A stretch of DNA of 64,000 nt from an uncultured Gemmatimonadaceae bacterium. GTDB lineage: Bacteria; Gemmatimonadota; Gemmatimonadetes; Gemmatimonadales; Gemmatimonadaceae. The stretch spans positions 28,209 through 92,208 of the forward strand of contig CAWFQK010000008.1 in NCBI GenBank assembly GCA_963817955.1, read 5' to 3'. Below are positions 9,316 to 18,503 of the stretch, one piece after another (position 1 is the stretch's first letter; each line of letters starts with the position of its first letter). Made by a program: the position numbers and the translations under genes. Under the pieces are notes generated by a model, which saw only the letters and a list, made by a program, of their open reading frames with translations, did not search any database and had not been told where the DNA came from.

Positions 9316-10349
9316 ACGCTGCCGTCGCCGACCTCCTGGCCGCCTGCGGCGTGTCCAACGCGCGTGACACGGTGCCGTGGCGCCGCGTGCTGCTCGTCAA
9401 CAACGTGGGCGGCGTGCCGGGTGAGGATGCCAGAGGTGACGTGGTGGCAAGCCGCGGATTCAATCTCATCGTGCTCGACGAGGGTGGAGCGCCGACACTC
9501 TTCTGCAAGTGTCGTCCCGCGTCCGCTGGCTGGAATCGTGGCAGCGCACTCGTGGCGCAGATGAGCGGAATACCGGAGCTCGCAACCGTGGTGGCGCCCA
9601 CCTGGAGCGTTCACTCCGATATGATCGATGCCGAGGTGAGCCGGTATCTGCGTGGCGAGCTGCTGGAGCGTCGCATTCGGTCCATGACTGCGGTGCAGCT
9701 CGGCGTTGCGCTCGACGGAATTCTCGCTGCCGCCGCGAGGCTGGCGACGCATGCGGCCCGCGTGGAACCACAACTGGCGGGGGGCCTCGCTGGCATATCG
9801 CTGAGCGATGAGGCGTCGTGGATCATGCCGGCCGTCGTCGACGCTGGACTTGCCTCCGCAGACGCCGGCCGCCTCGAGGCTGCGCTCGCATGCGCGGGCA
9901 CGCTGCCGCGCTGCCTGCAGCATGGGGATCTCTGGCCGCGCAATGCGCTCGAGGCGGATGGGCATTGGCATCTGCTCGATTTCGAAATGTACGGACGCGT
10001 CCAGGTGCCGCTCTATGATGCATTCCATCTCGTGCGCACGTCGTGGGATGCACGCGCCGGGCGAAATGGGGCTCACCGCGCATGGCTCGATGGAATGCGC
10101 AGCAACGGGGCGGACAACGACGTGTTTCGCGCGACGATAGGGCGCGCCGCGCGCAAGGCGGGACTGAGTGCCGCGCAGGTTGGCGGCGCGCTCGTGTACT
10201 ACGTTGTCCACTTCGCGGCGAGTCTGTATCGGCGCGGGATTCTGGCGCGAGATGTCGAGCCATACATGTTCGAGGTGTCCCGTCTTGCGGAGTGGATAGC
10301 TGACGGTAGACGCCCGGATGAGCTGTTGCTGCCGACGCGGCAGCCCTGA
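9312..10349 (+). CDS. APH/choline-kinase-like phosphotransferase
   Basis: FCK, QHGDLWPRN catalytic loop, LLDFE. Confidence 0.8.
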   Translation: MNAAVADLLAACGVSNARDTVPWRRVLLVNNVGGVPGEDARGDVVASRGFNLIVLDEGGAPTLFCKCRPASAGWNRGSALVAQMSGIPELATVVAPTWSVHSDMIDAEVSRYLRGELLERRIRSMTAVQLGVALDGILAAAARLATHAARVEPQLAGGLAGISLSDEASWIMPAVVDAGLASADAGRLEAALACAGTLPRCLQHGDLWPRNALEADGHWHLLDFEMYGRVQVPLYDAFHLVRTSWDARAGRNGAHRAWLDGMRSNGADNDVFRATIGRAARKAGLSAAQVGGALVYYVVHFAASLYRRGILARDVEPYMFEVSRLAEWIADGRRPDELLLPTRQP

Positions 10350-10446
10350 CTGTACAAGTGACCTTCAGATAGGTCAGGTGACACTGCGTCGCACATCGCG
10401 TTCTCAGCCAACGATGGCCACGGTTCAGCTAATATGAAGTGTAGGA

Positions 10447-10480
10447 ACGCGAACGGCCGCCCGAGGGCGGCCGTTCGCGT
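10447..10480. terminator. GC-rich hairpin between convergent genes
   Basis: ACGCGAACGGCCGCC-CGAG-GGCGGCCGTTCGCGT, perfect 15-bp stem. Confidence 0.75.
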
Positions 10481-10513
10481 GTACAGCGGATTGGGACCTG
10501 CTGGTGCGCCGAA

Positions 10514-11273
10514 CTACGCGGCCGACACCTCACTGGCCGGCGGAGGAGTCACCGGTGGCGTGGTGACGGGTGATGTGGTGACCGGTTGCGTGGTGACTGG
10601 CGGCGTCGTCGCCGCAGTCGTAGACCCGATCTTGACGCCCGGTTTGCGCGGAATGCGCTTGGCGGTCTGCCAGGCGGCGAGCAAGGCCTGGTCGGCGCCG
10701 ATGAGCGGCAGGAGTTCCGAATCGAGCAGCTTGATCATGTTGCGTCCGCGCTGCTCCTCGATCGACAGTCCTGCCGTGGCGCCCCGTCGACGGACGCCGA
10801 ATGTCGCTCGACCATCGAGCGATTCCTTCATCGTCTCCGCCGCTGCCTCGAGACGTGCAATGAAATTGGTCGACAGCCCGCCGTCGATCAGCACGGCCTC
10901 GTGCCGCCGCGACGCCTCGGCCATGGCCGCCGCCGCAGCGAGCAACCGCTCCGTCGAGACATTGGCCCGCGGCATCGTCAGCGAGCTCGAAGTCCGGGAC
11001 TGCCTTGAGCCGGATCTTCGCGACTGCCGCGATGCCCTGCATGTGATGCTTGCGGAGCGCGACCCGGAGCGCCTGCTGGCGCGTCGTCTCGCCCCGACTC
11101 GCGCGGCTGCCATCCTCCTGCGTCGCCGCGTGGGCCGTGAGTTGCGCGATCGTGTCGCTGAGCTCTCGTAGCGTCGTCGAGCCGCTCAGTGTGGCGAACG
11201 GGCCGGGATTCGCCGCGATGAATGCGTCGCTGCGGCGGAGCGTCTCCAGGGTACTGCCTTCACTGTATTTCAT
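10514..11273 (-). pseudogene. Hypothetical, probably all-helical protein of about 252 aa with a Thr/Pro tail, split by a +1 frameshift near 10988
   Basis: GGAGG-ATG at 11273 gives MKYSEG...HHMQGIAAVAKIRLKAVPDF (frame of ORF 10530..11564). The protein-like sequence continues as SSLTMPRAN...LLAAWQTAKRIPRKPG in the frame of ORF 10514..11113. Confidence 0.7.
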
Positions 11274-11301
11274 ATGGCCTCCAAGTGGCCATGAGGGCGC
11301 C

Positions 11302-11344
11302 AAAAGAAAACTGCACGCCGGCGGGCGCCCGACGCGCCGGCGTG
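11302..11344 (-). terminator. Terminator-like hairpin plus U tract about 30 nt upstream of the 11273 start
   Basis: Minus strand CACGCCGGCG-11 nt-CGCCGGCGTG-CAG-TTTTCTTTT. Confidence 0.55.
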
Positions 11345-11382
11345 AAGAGAGAGCAACAGACGTGAGATGTGTCGCGATCGCC

Positions 11383-11507
11383 GTCGGAAGTGACGGAAGC
11401 GCGGCGGGAATGACGGAATGGTCGTCGGAACCGACGGAAGCGCAGTCGGGAATGACGGAATGGTCGTCGGAAGAGCGGGAGCTGCCTTCAGACCTGTCGG
11501 AGTCGCC
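11383..11507. repeat. 21-bp tandem repeat block A (about 6 units, A/B alternation giving a 42-bp higher-order unit)
   Basis: ggcgggaatgacggaatggtc / gtcggaaccgacggaagcgca / gtcgggaatgacggaatggtc / gtcggaagagcgggagctgcc. Confidence 0.85.
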
Positions 11508-11557
11508 GAGGGACAGCGCGACGTGCCGCGTGCATTGGTCGTGTCTACGTGCCGCGC

Positions 11558-12543
11558 CAGCCATCCCCCGTGCGTCCGCGCGACTGGGTCCTACAGAACA
11601 ATCGATTACCTGTCGACAGGGATCTGTTCCATGTCGGCGCGGACGAGTCCCGCGTGGATCGAGCGGGAGAGGCTTCGAGGGCCGAGGCTCCGATGGTGAT
11701 GAGCGAGGGTTTGCTGTTGACCGGGACTACTCCTCGCGGGATGCCCGCTACTCCATCCTGCACGGCCGTGAGTCCGCTGTCGGTCGCGAGCGGTTCATGC
11801 TTGCACGCGACCGATTCGTGCTTGCACGCGACGGGTTCGTGCTTGCACGCGACAGGTTCGTGCTTACGCCGGCGCCGTTCCGTCTCACCACAGACCAATC
11901 ATACCTGGACGGGCGTGGATTCGCTCTCGACAGGAAGGAATCCGACCTGACCGGGACACCATTCCACGTCGACGTCAGATCATTCCAGCGAACCGAGCGG
12001 AGATTGCGGGTGGACGCGCGCGAGATGTGTGTGTACGCGCATCAGAGGCGCCTTGGCAAGCAGAGGTTCCATGGAGCGCGAGGGGCATTGTCACTGGCGC
12101 GGGCGGCATTATCGGTCGACACCGGTGTGTTCGATCGGAACCGGAATGCCTCCGCCCTGATCCGTCGCTGGTGCGAGCTGGATGCGCCGGAGTCACTCCT
12201 CGATCGGCGCTCGTTCGATCGTGACGGGCGGGAGTTCCACCTGCGCAGGCGTGAGTTGGAGTGAGACAGCGAGGGATTCCCTATGAGCAGGCATGCATTC
12301 CAGGTAAAGTCGCGGGAATTCGGTCTCGACCGCGATCAATTCCCTCGGGGCAGGATTGCATTCGATCTCAACACCGATCGATCCCACCTGGACACGCGTC
12401 CATTCGGTCTGAACGATGATCGATTCCAGCTACACACGCGTGCATTCGAGCTAGACAACGATCGATCCCATCTCGACAGGCTCGCATTCGATCTCGACAC
12501 GATCGACTCCATCAGGGCGCCTGAGCGTTCTGTGATGAACATG
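11558..12543. repeat. Degenerate 21-bp tandem array block B (about 47 units)
   Basis: 41 units in exact phase from 11683 to 12543, plus about 6 earlier units offset by 1 nt; T(T/C)C at unit positions 7-9, often (C/G)TNGAC at 13-18; near-identical units at 11788-11871. Confidence 0.85.
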
Positions 12544-12674
12544 CCTCTATATATTAGTTCCGAAAATTGGGGGTCGGCGCAAGGGCCAATATGACCGATT
12601 GACCAAAACCGACATGTTTTGCTGATTTCGGCGTTAGTACAAGTAGAGAGATACGTCAGTCGTGAGGCCGCGGA

Positions 12675-12698
12675 CCCGTGTCCCGTGTCCCGTGTCCC
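12675..12698. repeat. (CCCGTGT)3 heptamer tract
   Basis: Immediately after the flippase stop; related tracts near 34953, 35288 and 57320. Confidence 0.8.
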
Positions 12699-12700
12699 AC

Positions 12701-14239
12701 TCACCCGGCCGCGACGACGCGCGTCCGCCGTGGCGCCAACCGCGCGGCGATGGTGCGTCGCACCGTTGACCGCTCGGCTTCCGTCAGAATGCCGAGGTGC
12801 CAGATGGCCGTGAGGTAGGCGGCAAACAGCAGCGCGCGGATTGGCACCACGACGCTGAGACTTCTGTGTGGTCCGGCGAGTCCGAGCAGTGCCACGCCCA
12901 CAGCCAACGTGACGAGCCGGCGGATCGGTTTCCAGTCGTATTGCACGGGTAGCAGACGGAGCGACAGCCGCAGAATGATCGCGTACCGAACCCCGAATGC
13001 GAGCACCGTGGCGATGGCCGCGCCCAGTCCAAGCCACCGTGGGATCAACACGATGTACCCGATGCACGCCACCGCCGCCGCCACCCAGTTCGCCATCGTG
13101 ATGTACTCCGTGCGTTCGCGGAGGTGAATGCCAATGTCCTGCATGACCGTCCAACTCTGGAGGATGTAGGCGATCAGGATGACGGGCACGATATCCGCCG
13201 CGGGGTAGAACGCCGGCTGCGTCATGATCCGGAGGACACTGTCGACGAATAGCGTGATGCCAAGTGCCGCGCTGATCAACAGCAGGTTGAGGTACACAAA
13301 GGCCCGCGACAGTACGAAATCCCGATCTGGCCGTTCGGCAAGTGAGAAGCGAATCGGTTCCCAGACGAGGTCCACGGGCATGGCGCCCACCATGGCGAGC
13401 AAGAAGCCGAACTGGTAGGCGAGCGCATAGAGACCGACCGTCGTCATGTCTGCCGCTCGCTGTAGGAAGAACCGGTCGCCGAACGTAGCGATGAAGGTGG
13501 CGACCTGCGTGGCAACGAGCGGCAGTCCGTAGCGTACGAGCCGCTTCGCGGCGCCACCGGAAAAATGCAATCCAACCTCACCGACCAACCGAATCGCCAA
13601 CACGATCCCGACAACGCTGGCGGCGACGGCACTACTGATGAACACCGCCAGCGCCCCGAGATGCAGATGGACGAGCAGGACCAGATTCAGTGAAATCTGC
13701 AGCGCAAGCAGCACGGTATTCGCGGCGACGAACACGGACGATCGGCCGCGTGCCCGCGCGTAAGCGAGCGGCACGATGAACAGCGATTGTCCCGCCAACC
13801 CAACGGCTGCGACGCGCAGCAGCACGGCACGCGAGGGATCATGAAACACGAGTTGTGCCAGCGGCCCCGCGAAGAGGCACACGCCGCCGGAGACGACGGC
13901 AAAGGCGCCGCAGATCAATACCATCGACGTCGACGTCACCGCTTGGCGTTCCTGCTCGTTCTTCGCGGCGTGATAGTAGCGAAAGACACCGATGGCCAGC
14001 TTGGCGCCGGCAAGGATGGCGATGAAGTCGAGCGTCATCTCAACGAGCTGGATGACGCCATAGTCCGCCGGTGCGAGATGACGGCTGTAGATGGGCAGCA
14101 TGATGAACGCTGCTGCCCGATTGATCAGAATGCCCGCGGCATAGATTGCCGTGTCCCGTCCGATGCGCCGCATGGCGATCGGCGGCGGCGCTGCGGTTTC
14201 TGCGGTTTCAGTCGCGAGACGCTCAACAGCTGCCGACAT
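12701..14239 (-). CDS. wzx: Oligosaccharide flippase (Wzx)
   Basis: Highly polytopic; LPIYSRHL.PADYG, YGLPL, DRFFL, VGLY.LAY patterns. Confidence 0.88.
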   Translation of the reverse strand: MSAAVERLATETAETAAPPPIAMRRIGRDTAIYAAGILINRAAAFIMLPIYSRHLAPADYGVIQLVEMTLDFIAILAGAKLAIGVFRYYHAAKNEQERQAVTSTSMVLICGAFAVVSGGVCLFAGPLAQLVFHDPSRAVLLRVAAVGLAGQSLFIVPLAYARARGRSSVFVAANTVLLALQISLNLVLLVHLHLGALAVFISSAVAASVVGIVLAIRLVGEVGLHFSGGAAKRLVRYGLPLVATQVATFIATFGDRFFLQRAADMTTVGLYALAYQFGFLLAMVGAMPVDLVWEPIRFSLAERPDRDFVLSRAFVYLNLLLISAALGITLFVDSVLRIMTQPAFYPAADIVPVILIAYILQSWTVMQDIGIHLRERTEYITMANWVAAAVACIGYIVLIPRWLGLGAAIATVLAFGVRYAIILRLSLRLLPVQYDWKPIRRLVTLAVGVALLGLAGPHRSLSVVVPIRALLFAAYLTAIWHLGILTEAERSTVRRTIAARLAPRRTRVVAAG

Positions 14240-15257
14240 ACGCCGTCTCCGGTGTCGCGCGCGGGATGAGCCGCTCGGCCGCTTCGGACACCGTGGCGAA
14301 TGAGAACGATTGTATCCCAGCCAGGCGGTCGAAGTATTGTTCCATGTTGGCGCGGAACCGGTCGCGCTCGGCCGAGCCGCTCACGAACGGACTCAACCCC
14401 GATACCAGGCTCGGGCTGTGCCACGTGATGTGGATGAAACGCGCGCCATCGAGCAGGAGCAAGCGCGTCAGCATGAGCATGTCGTTCACGGTATCGGTTT
14501 CGAAGCTGAGCTGCACTTTGCGTAGCAGGTGCGTGCGATAGGCCAGCGATGCGAGCGACAGCGGGCCGGCGCGCGATCGGAGGAGTTGCTCGTGCCGGTG
14601 ATGCCAGCTCGCGAACGGACGTCGTGTGTACCCCACCGAGAGTGGTAGCTCGACGATCGGGCCATCGGATGTCGGAATTGTGATGTCGTCGAACGACGGG
14701 TGATATGCTTCCAGCGGAGCGTCGCGGAAATCCGGGCCATCGTTGAATCGGCGCCAGTCGAGAAACGGCGTGACGCTGCTGTCCACGGTATACCCTTGTT
14801 CGGAGATGGCCCTCATGCCGAGCGCGCCCATGCCGTATCGGCCGGCGCGAAAGGATGTAGGCCGGGATCCGAACACCGTCGCCAGCAGAGCGGTCAATTC
14901 GCGCAGCTTTGCCGCCTGCAATTCGCCGGATAGGTTCTTCATCACCGTGTTGCGCGGCACGAACAGCTCGCGTGCCGGGGGTGTGTTCCACGGATGCAGA
15001 TGTGCGCCGATTTCCGCTCTGCCGTCGGAACTGAGATCGCTGAGGATACCGGCGGCCCATTCGACGGACGCGACCTGGTAGGATGTGAAGTAGGTCGGAC
15101 GCACGCCGAAGCGCTCGAGCAACCGATGCACCGTTGGCAGCTCAGCGATGTTCGTCACCCGGATGTCGTTGCGCGACGGCTCCCAGTTGTCCTCCTCGGT
15201 GTCAATGGAGACGACGACGAGCAGCGGCGGCGCGGCGGGGTGGACGGCAGCAGTCAT
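14223..15257 (-). CDS. Polysaccharide deacetylase family protein (WalW-like)
   Basis: SIDTEEDNW, EIGAHLHPWNTPP, SFRAGRYG, HSPSL..G.SPF; ATG 15257 overlaps the upstream stop. Confidence 0.85.
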   Translation of the reverse strand: MTAAVHPAAPPLLVVVSIDTEEDNWEPSRNDIRVTNIAELPTVHRLLERFGVRPTYFTSYQVASVEWAAGILSDLSSDGRAEIGAHLHPWNTPPARELFVPRNTVMKNLSGELQAAKLRELTALLATVFGSRPTSFRAGRYGMGALGMRAISEQGYTVDSSVTPFLDWRRFNDGPDFRDAPLEAYHPSFDDITIPTSDGPIVELPLSVGYTRRPFASWHHRHEQLLRSRAGPLSLASLAYRTHLLRKVQLSFETDTVNDMLMLTRLLLLDGARFIHITWHSPSLVSGLSPFVSGSAERDRFRANMEQYFDRLAGIQSFSFATVSEAAERLIPRATPETAYVGSC

Positions 15258-16411
15258 GCGGAAGTTCCCGGATCGTCGGGGGGCTGATCGCGCCGCGACA
15301 TGTGATCGAACAGCACTCCTGCCTGTTCGGCCAGTCGCAGCATTCGTCCCTTTGCCGAGCGGCGGAATGCGATCAGCTGGTGAGTCCAGCGTGTGGTGCT
15401 CGTCCACTCGGCTTTGTAGGGCTCTGCGCCGCGCAAGAAGTCGAAGCGACGCACGCCGCGAGCGATCGCGCGTTGAATCATGATGCCAACGTGCACGCCT
15501 CCGACGCTGAACTTATTCCACGCCGGGGAGCGGCCGGCCTGATAGAAGTGCAGTGTCTTGGCGTCGGTGAATCCGTACCAGGCGGATATCGGTTCTCCGT
15601 CGACATCGATGGTGCTCAGCCACGTGTCATGGGAGCGTGCGAGCGATGTCGCGAAGCGCCGGTGGAGTGCGTCGAGGCGAGCGTCGAACGTCCCTTCGCC
15701 GCCCCAGCGGGCATCGTGTAGTCGTCTCAGATGCGCCCAGCCGCGATCGAGCGTGTCGTGCTCGTAGAACGTCACGGCGAGGTGTCCTCGCTTGGCGAGC
15801 GCCTGTTCGCGCCGCGCGATCACGTCTCGGCGTGAAGCGCTTCGAGTCTGGAGGTAGTCTTTCCAGGAGCGGGGCAGGTCGATGTACGGACACGGCCACT
15901 GGGGTCGCATCATGGTGGCGAAGCCGCGCGCCTCGAGCGCCGCCTGGAGCCGCGGCGCGCCCACGGCGTCGCACGAGATCCCATCGAGCTGGAGCATGTC
16001 CCACTCCAGGTTATCGAGTGCAGCGGCGATGGCATTGAACGGAGTCGATGTGCTTGCGAGAACGTCGAGGTGGTCGGGACATCCGAGGTCCCCCACAGCC
16101 CACGTCAACGCTGTCGCCTGAAGCCGCCGGTGTGTCACGCGCCGCGGCGCGAGTGGAAGCGCCGTCTGAAGTCGGTGATCACCGTCGACGATCGCCAGCA
16201 CCACGGCGGCATTGCGCTCGTGTGCCGGGGCACTGGCGTGCCACGCATCGTGCCAGGCCCAGGTGGAGAACGGCGACGCCAACCCCGCTCGGGCACGCAA
16301 TGATTCCCACCGCGATTCGCCGAGCGCGAGCGTGTCGGCGAGGGACATCACCGACACGCGCGCGGCCCGTGTGGATCCGACGCGTGCGTGAACCTCGCCG
16401 ATCGCTGTCAC
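15254..16411 (-). CDS. GNAT-family acyltransferase (CelD/BcsL-like)
   Basis: PF.TW.W...W, CPYIDLP, LH..RW, YQAG, FDFLRG.E.YK. Confidence 0.85.
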   Translation of the reverse strand: MTAIGEVHARVGSTRAARVSVMSLADTLALGESRWESLRARAGLASPFSTWAWHDAWHASAPAHERNAAVVLAIVDGDHRLQTALPLAPRRVTHRRLQATALTWAVGDLGCPDHLDVLASTSTPFNAIAAALDNLEWDMLQLDGISCDAVGAPRLQAALEARGFATMMRPQWPCPYIDLPRSWKDYLQTRSASRRDVIARREQALAKRGHLAVTFYEHDTLDRGWAHLRRLHDARWGGEGTFDARLDALHRRFATSLARSHDTWLSTIDVDGEPISAWYGFTDAKTLHFYQAGRSPAWNKFSVGGVHVGIMIQRAIARGVRRFDFLRGAEPYKAEWTSTTRWTHQLIAFRRSAKGRMLRLAEQAGVLFDHMSRRDQPPDDPGTSA

Positions 16412-16873
16412 GGGTGTCTACGGTCGAGCGCCGTGGTTCGCGACGCAGCGTGGTTGCGCGCGAGTCCCGGTCTTGGCGCATGGGCTATTCGTGCAACCTT
16501 CTCCGCGACATCGAGCCGAAAAAAGGGGGCAGTCGCGCGCGCCGCGTGCATGTGTGTCAGCCTGGTGAATGAGCGTTGAGGACTCCTCGCGGCTGAGGCA
16601 AATGCAAACGAGACACCGCGCGAGCAGTGGGGTGACGTAAGGGACTCAAACGTGGGAGCGACATGCACTTCCTTGATGTATGCATGGATGGACGACGCAC
16701 CGTCGCGATGTGACCCCGTTGCCGCGGCGCCACGGTTCCTTGCCGAGTGTGGCGACACGACGACAGTCGTACGCTCACGCGTGACGTGGCGCGCGGCGGC
16801 ACAGGCGGGCTGAGTGCAAGCCGTGACGCCACTTACGACTCATTGTCGCGCCGCAGCGACGCGGAGCAACGCG

Positions 16874-16888
16874 TGGCACCTCGCGTGC
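16874..16888 (+). promoter_or_regulatory. Candidate sigma54 promoter
   Basis: TGGCACC-TCGC-GTGC about 70 nt before ATG 16956. Confidence 0.45.
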
Positions 16889-16955
16889 GAAACTCAACGG
16901 CAGACGCTTGGTGCGTCTGCTCGCTGACGCGCGATCCTTATCAGGAACTCGATTC

Positions 16956-18503
16956 ATGTTTGCCGGAACTGCCGCCCCGATTGCCTTGGCACCGAGCATT
17001 GCCCATCTCCTGTGGGCGGCGGCGGCCGCGGACGGCGACCGTACGGCGATCGCGACGTGCGGCGGCGACATCAGCTATGCCGCTCTGACGGCGCGAGCCG
17101 CCGCATTCGCTACTGCGCTGCACGCGCGCGGGATCGTACCGGGAGATCGAGTCGGGATATTTCTCGAACGCAGCGTGGACGCGGCAGCCGCGTTCTTCGG
17201 AACGACGGCCGTGGGTGGAATTGCCGTCCTGATGGACGAAACACTCCGGCCGCGCCAGATCGAGCAGATTTGCCAGCACGCCAGTGCGAAGCTCCTCGTG
17301 TCGTCGGCGGACCTCCTCGCGCGCCAATCGCGCGAAGTGGCTCGCGGCCTTCCGCAGCTCGATTGCCTCGATGTGGCAATCGCTGACACATGGACGCCTT
17401 GTTCGCGAATTGGCAATGATGTCGCGCAACTCATCTACACCACGGGCCCGACCGGACTTGGCAAGGGCGTGACGATCAGTCACGCAAACCTGTGGGCCGG
17501 CGTGGCGTCCGTCGCCAGCTACCTGGAGCTTCGCCAAACGGATCGTTTGGCGAGCGTGCTGCCGTTCAGCTTCGATTACGGATTCAATCAGCTTCTCTGC
17601 GCGCTCTGGTGTGGAGGGACCCTCGTCATCGACCGCTCGCGCACACCGGAGGACATCGTCGCCACCGTGGTCGGAAGTCGCGTCTCGATTCTTCCCGCGG
17701 TTCCACCGCTGTGGATGCAACTGCTCGCCGTGCCAGCGTTCGCCGAGGTGATTCCATCGCTGCGGATCATGACGAACACCGGCGGCCGCCTCCCGACCGA
17801 CGCGGTGCGTCGGATCCGCGCGTGTCAGCCGCAGGCACGGCTGTTCCTGATGTATGGCCAGACAGAGGCGTTTCGCGCCACCTATCTGCCGCCAGAGGAA
17901 GTGGACCTGCATCCAAGCTCGATAGGACGGGCCATTCCCGGCGCCGAGATCATGGTGTTACGCGACGATGGGGCGCGGTGCGACGTCGAGGAAGTTGGTG
18001 AACTCGTGCAGCGCGGTCCCACGGTGGCATTAGGATACTGGAACGATCCCACGAGCACCGCGGCAACCTACCGCCAGAATCCCTATCGCGTTGACGGCGC
18101 TCCGGACGCCGAGCGAGTCGTGTACTCGGGGGACCTGGTCCGACACGACGATTCGGGGCGACTCTATCTTGTCGGCTGCCGGAACGAGTTGATCCAATCA
18201 CTCGGGCACCAAGTGAGCCCGGATGAAGTCGCAGACGTCCTCTATGCGTCGGGAGAGGTTACCGAATGCGTCGTCACCGCTGAGCCGGACGGCATGCACG
18301 GCGAGCAGATTGTGGCCGTCGTCACGCTTGTCGCCGATGGATCGGTTGCCCGCCTGCGCGCCTTCTGCAAGACTCAACTGCCACACTATATGCAGCCGGC
18401 CCGATATCAGGTGGAGGATGACTTGCCGCGCGCAGCAAGCGGAACGTACGACGTCACGGCGATTCGCGCGCAGGTCGCCGCCTCGAGCCGCCTGTCCCCA
18501 TGA
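16956..18503 (+). CDS. AMP-binding acyl-CoA ligase-like protein (exosortase A-associated type) with degenerate motifs
   Basis: LPFSFDYG.NQL, NTGG, FLMYG.TEAFR.TYLPP, GELV.RGP.VALGYWN, SGDL; several catalytic motifs altered. Confidence 0.85.
   Translation: MFAGTAAPIALAPSIAHLLWAAAAADGDRTAIATCGGDISYAALTARAAAFATALHARGIVPGDRVGIFLERSVDAAAAFFGTTAVGGIAVLMDETLRPRQIEQICQHASAKLLVSSADLLARQSREVARGLPQLDCLDVAIADTWTPCSRIGNDVAQLIYTTGPTGLGKGVTISHANLWAGVASVASYLELRQTDRLASVLPFSFDYGFNQLLCALWCGGTLVIDRSRTPEDIVATVVGSRVSILPAVPPLWMQLLAVPAFAEVIPSLRIMTNTGGRLPTDAVRRIRACQPQARLFLMYGQTEAFRATYLPPEEVDLHPSSIGRAIPGAEIMVLRDDGARCDVEEVGELVQRGPTVALGYWNDPTSTAATYRQNPYRVDGAPDAERVVYSGDLVRHDDSGRLYLVGCRNELIQSLGHQVSPDEVADVLYASGEVTECVVTAEPDGMHGEQIVAVVTLVADGSVARLRAFCKTQLPHYMQPARYQVEDDLPRAASGTYDVTAIRAQVAASSRLSP

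Noticed and set aside
11383..12543. CRISPR array
   Set aside because: No constant repeat separated by unique spacers; units are contiguous degenerate 21-mers; no cas genes
11050..12594. 404-aa ORF plus 103-aa ORF as a confident gene, or selenocysteine read-through at TGA 12262
   Set aside because: The 5' part is antisense to a better-supported gene, there is no clear RBS/start for the repeat frame, and no redox-motif context or evident SECIS; left open in the findings
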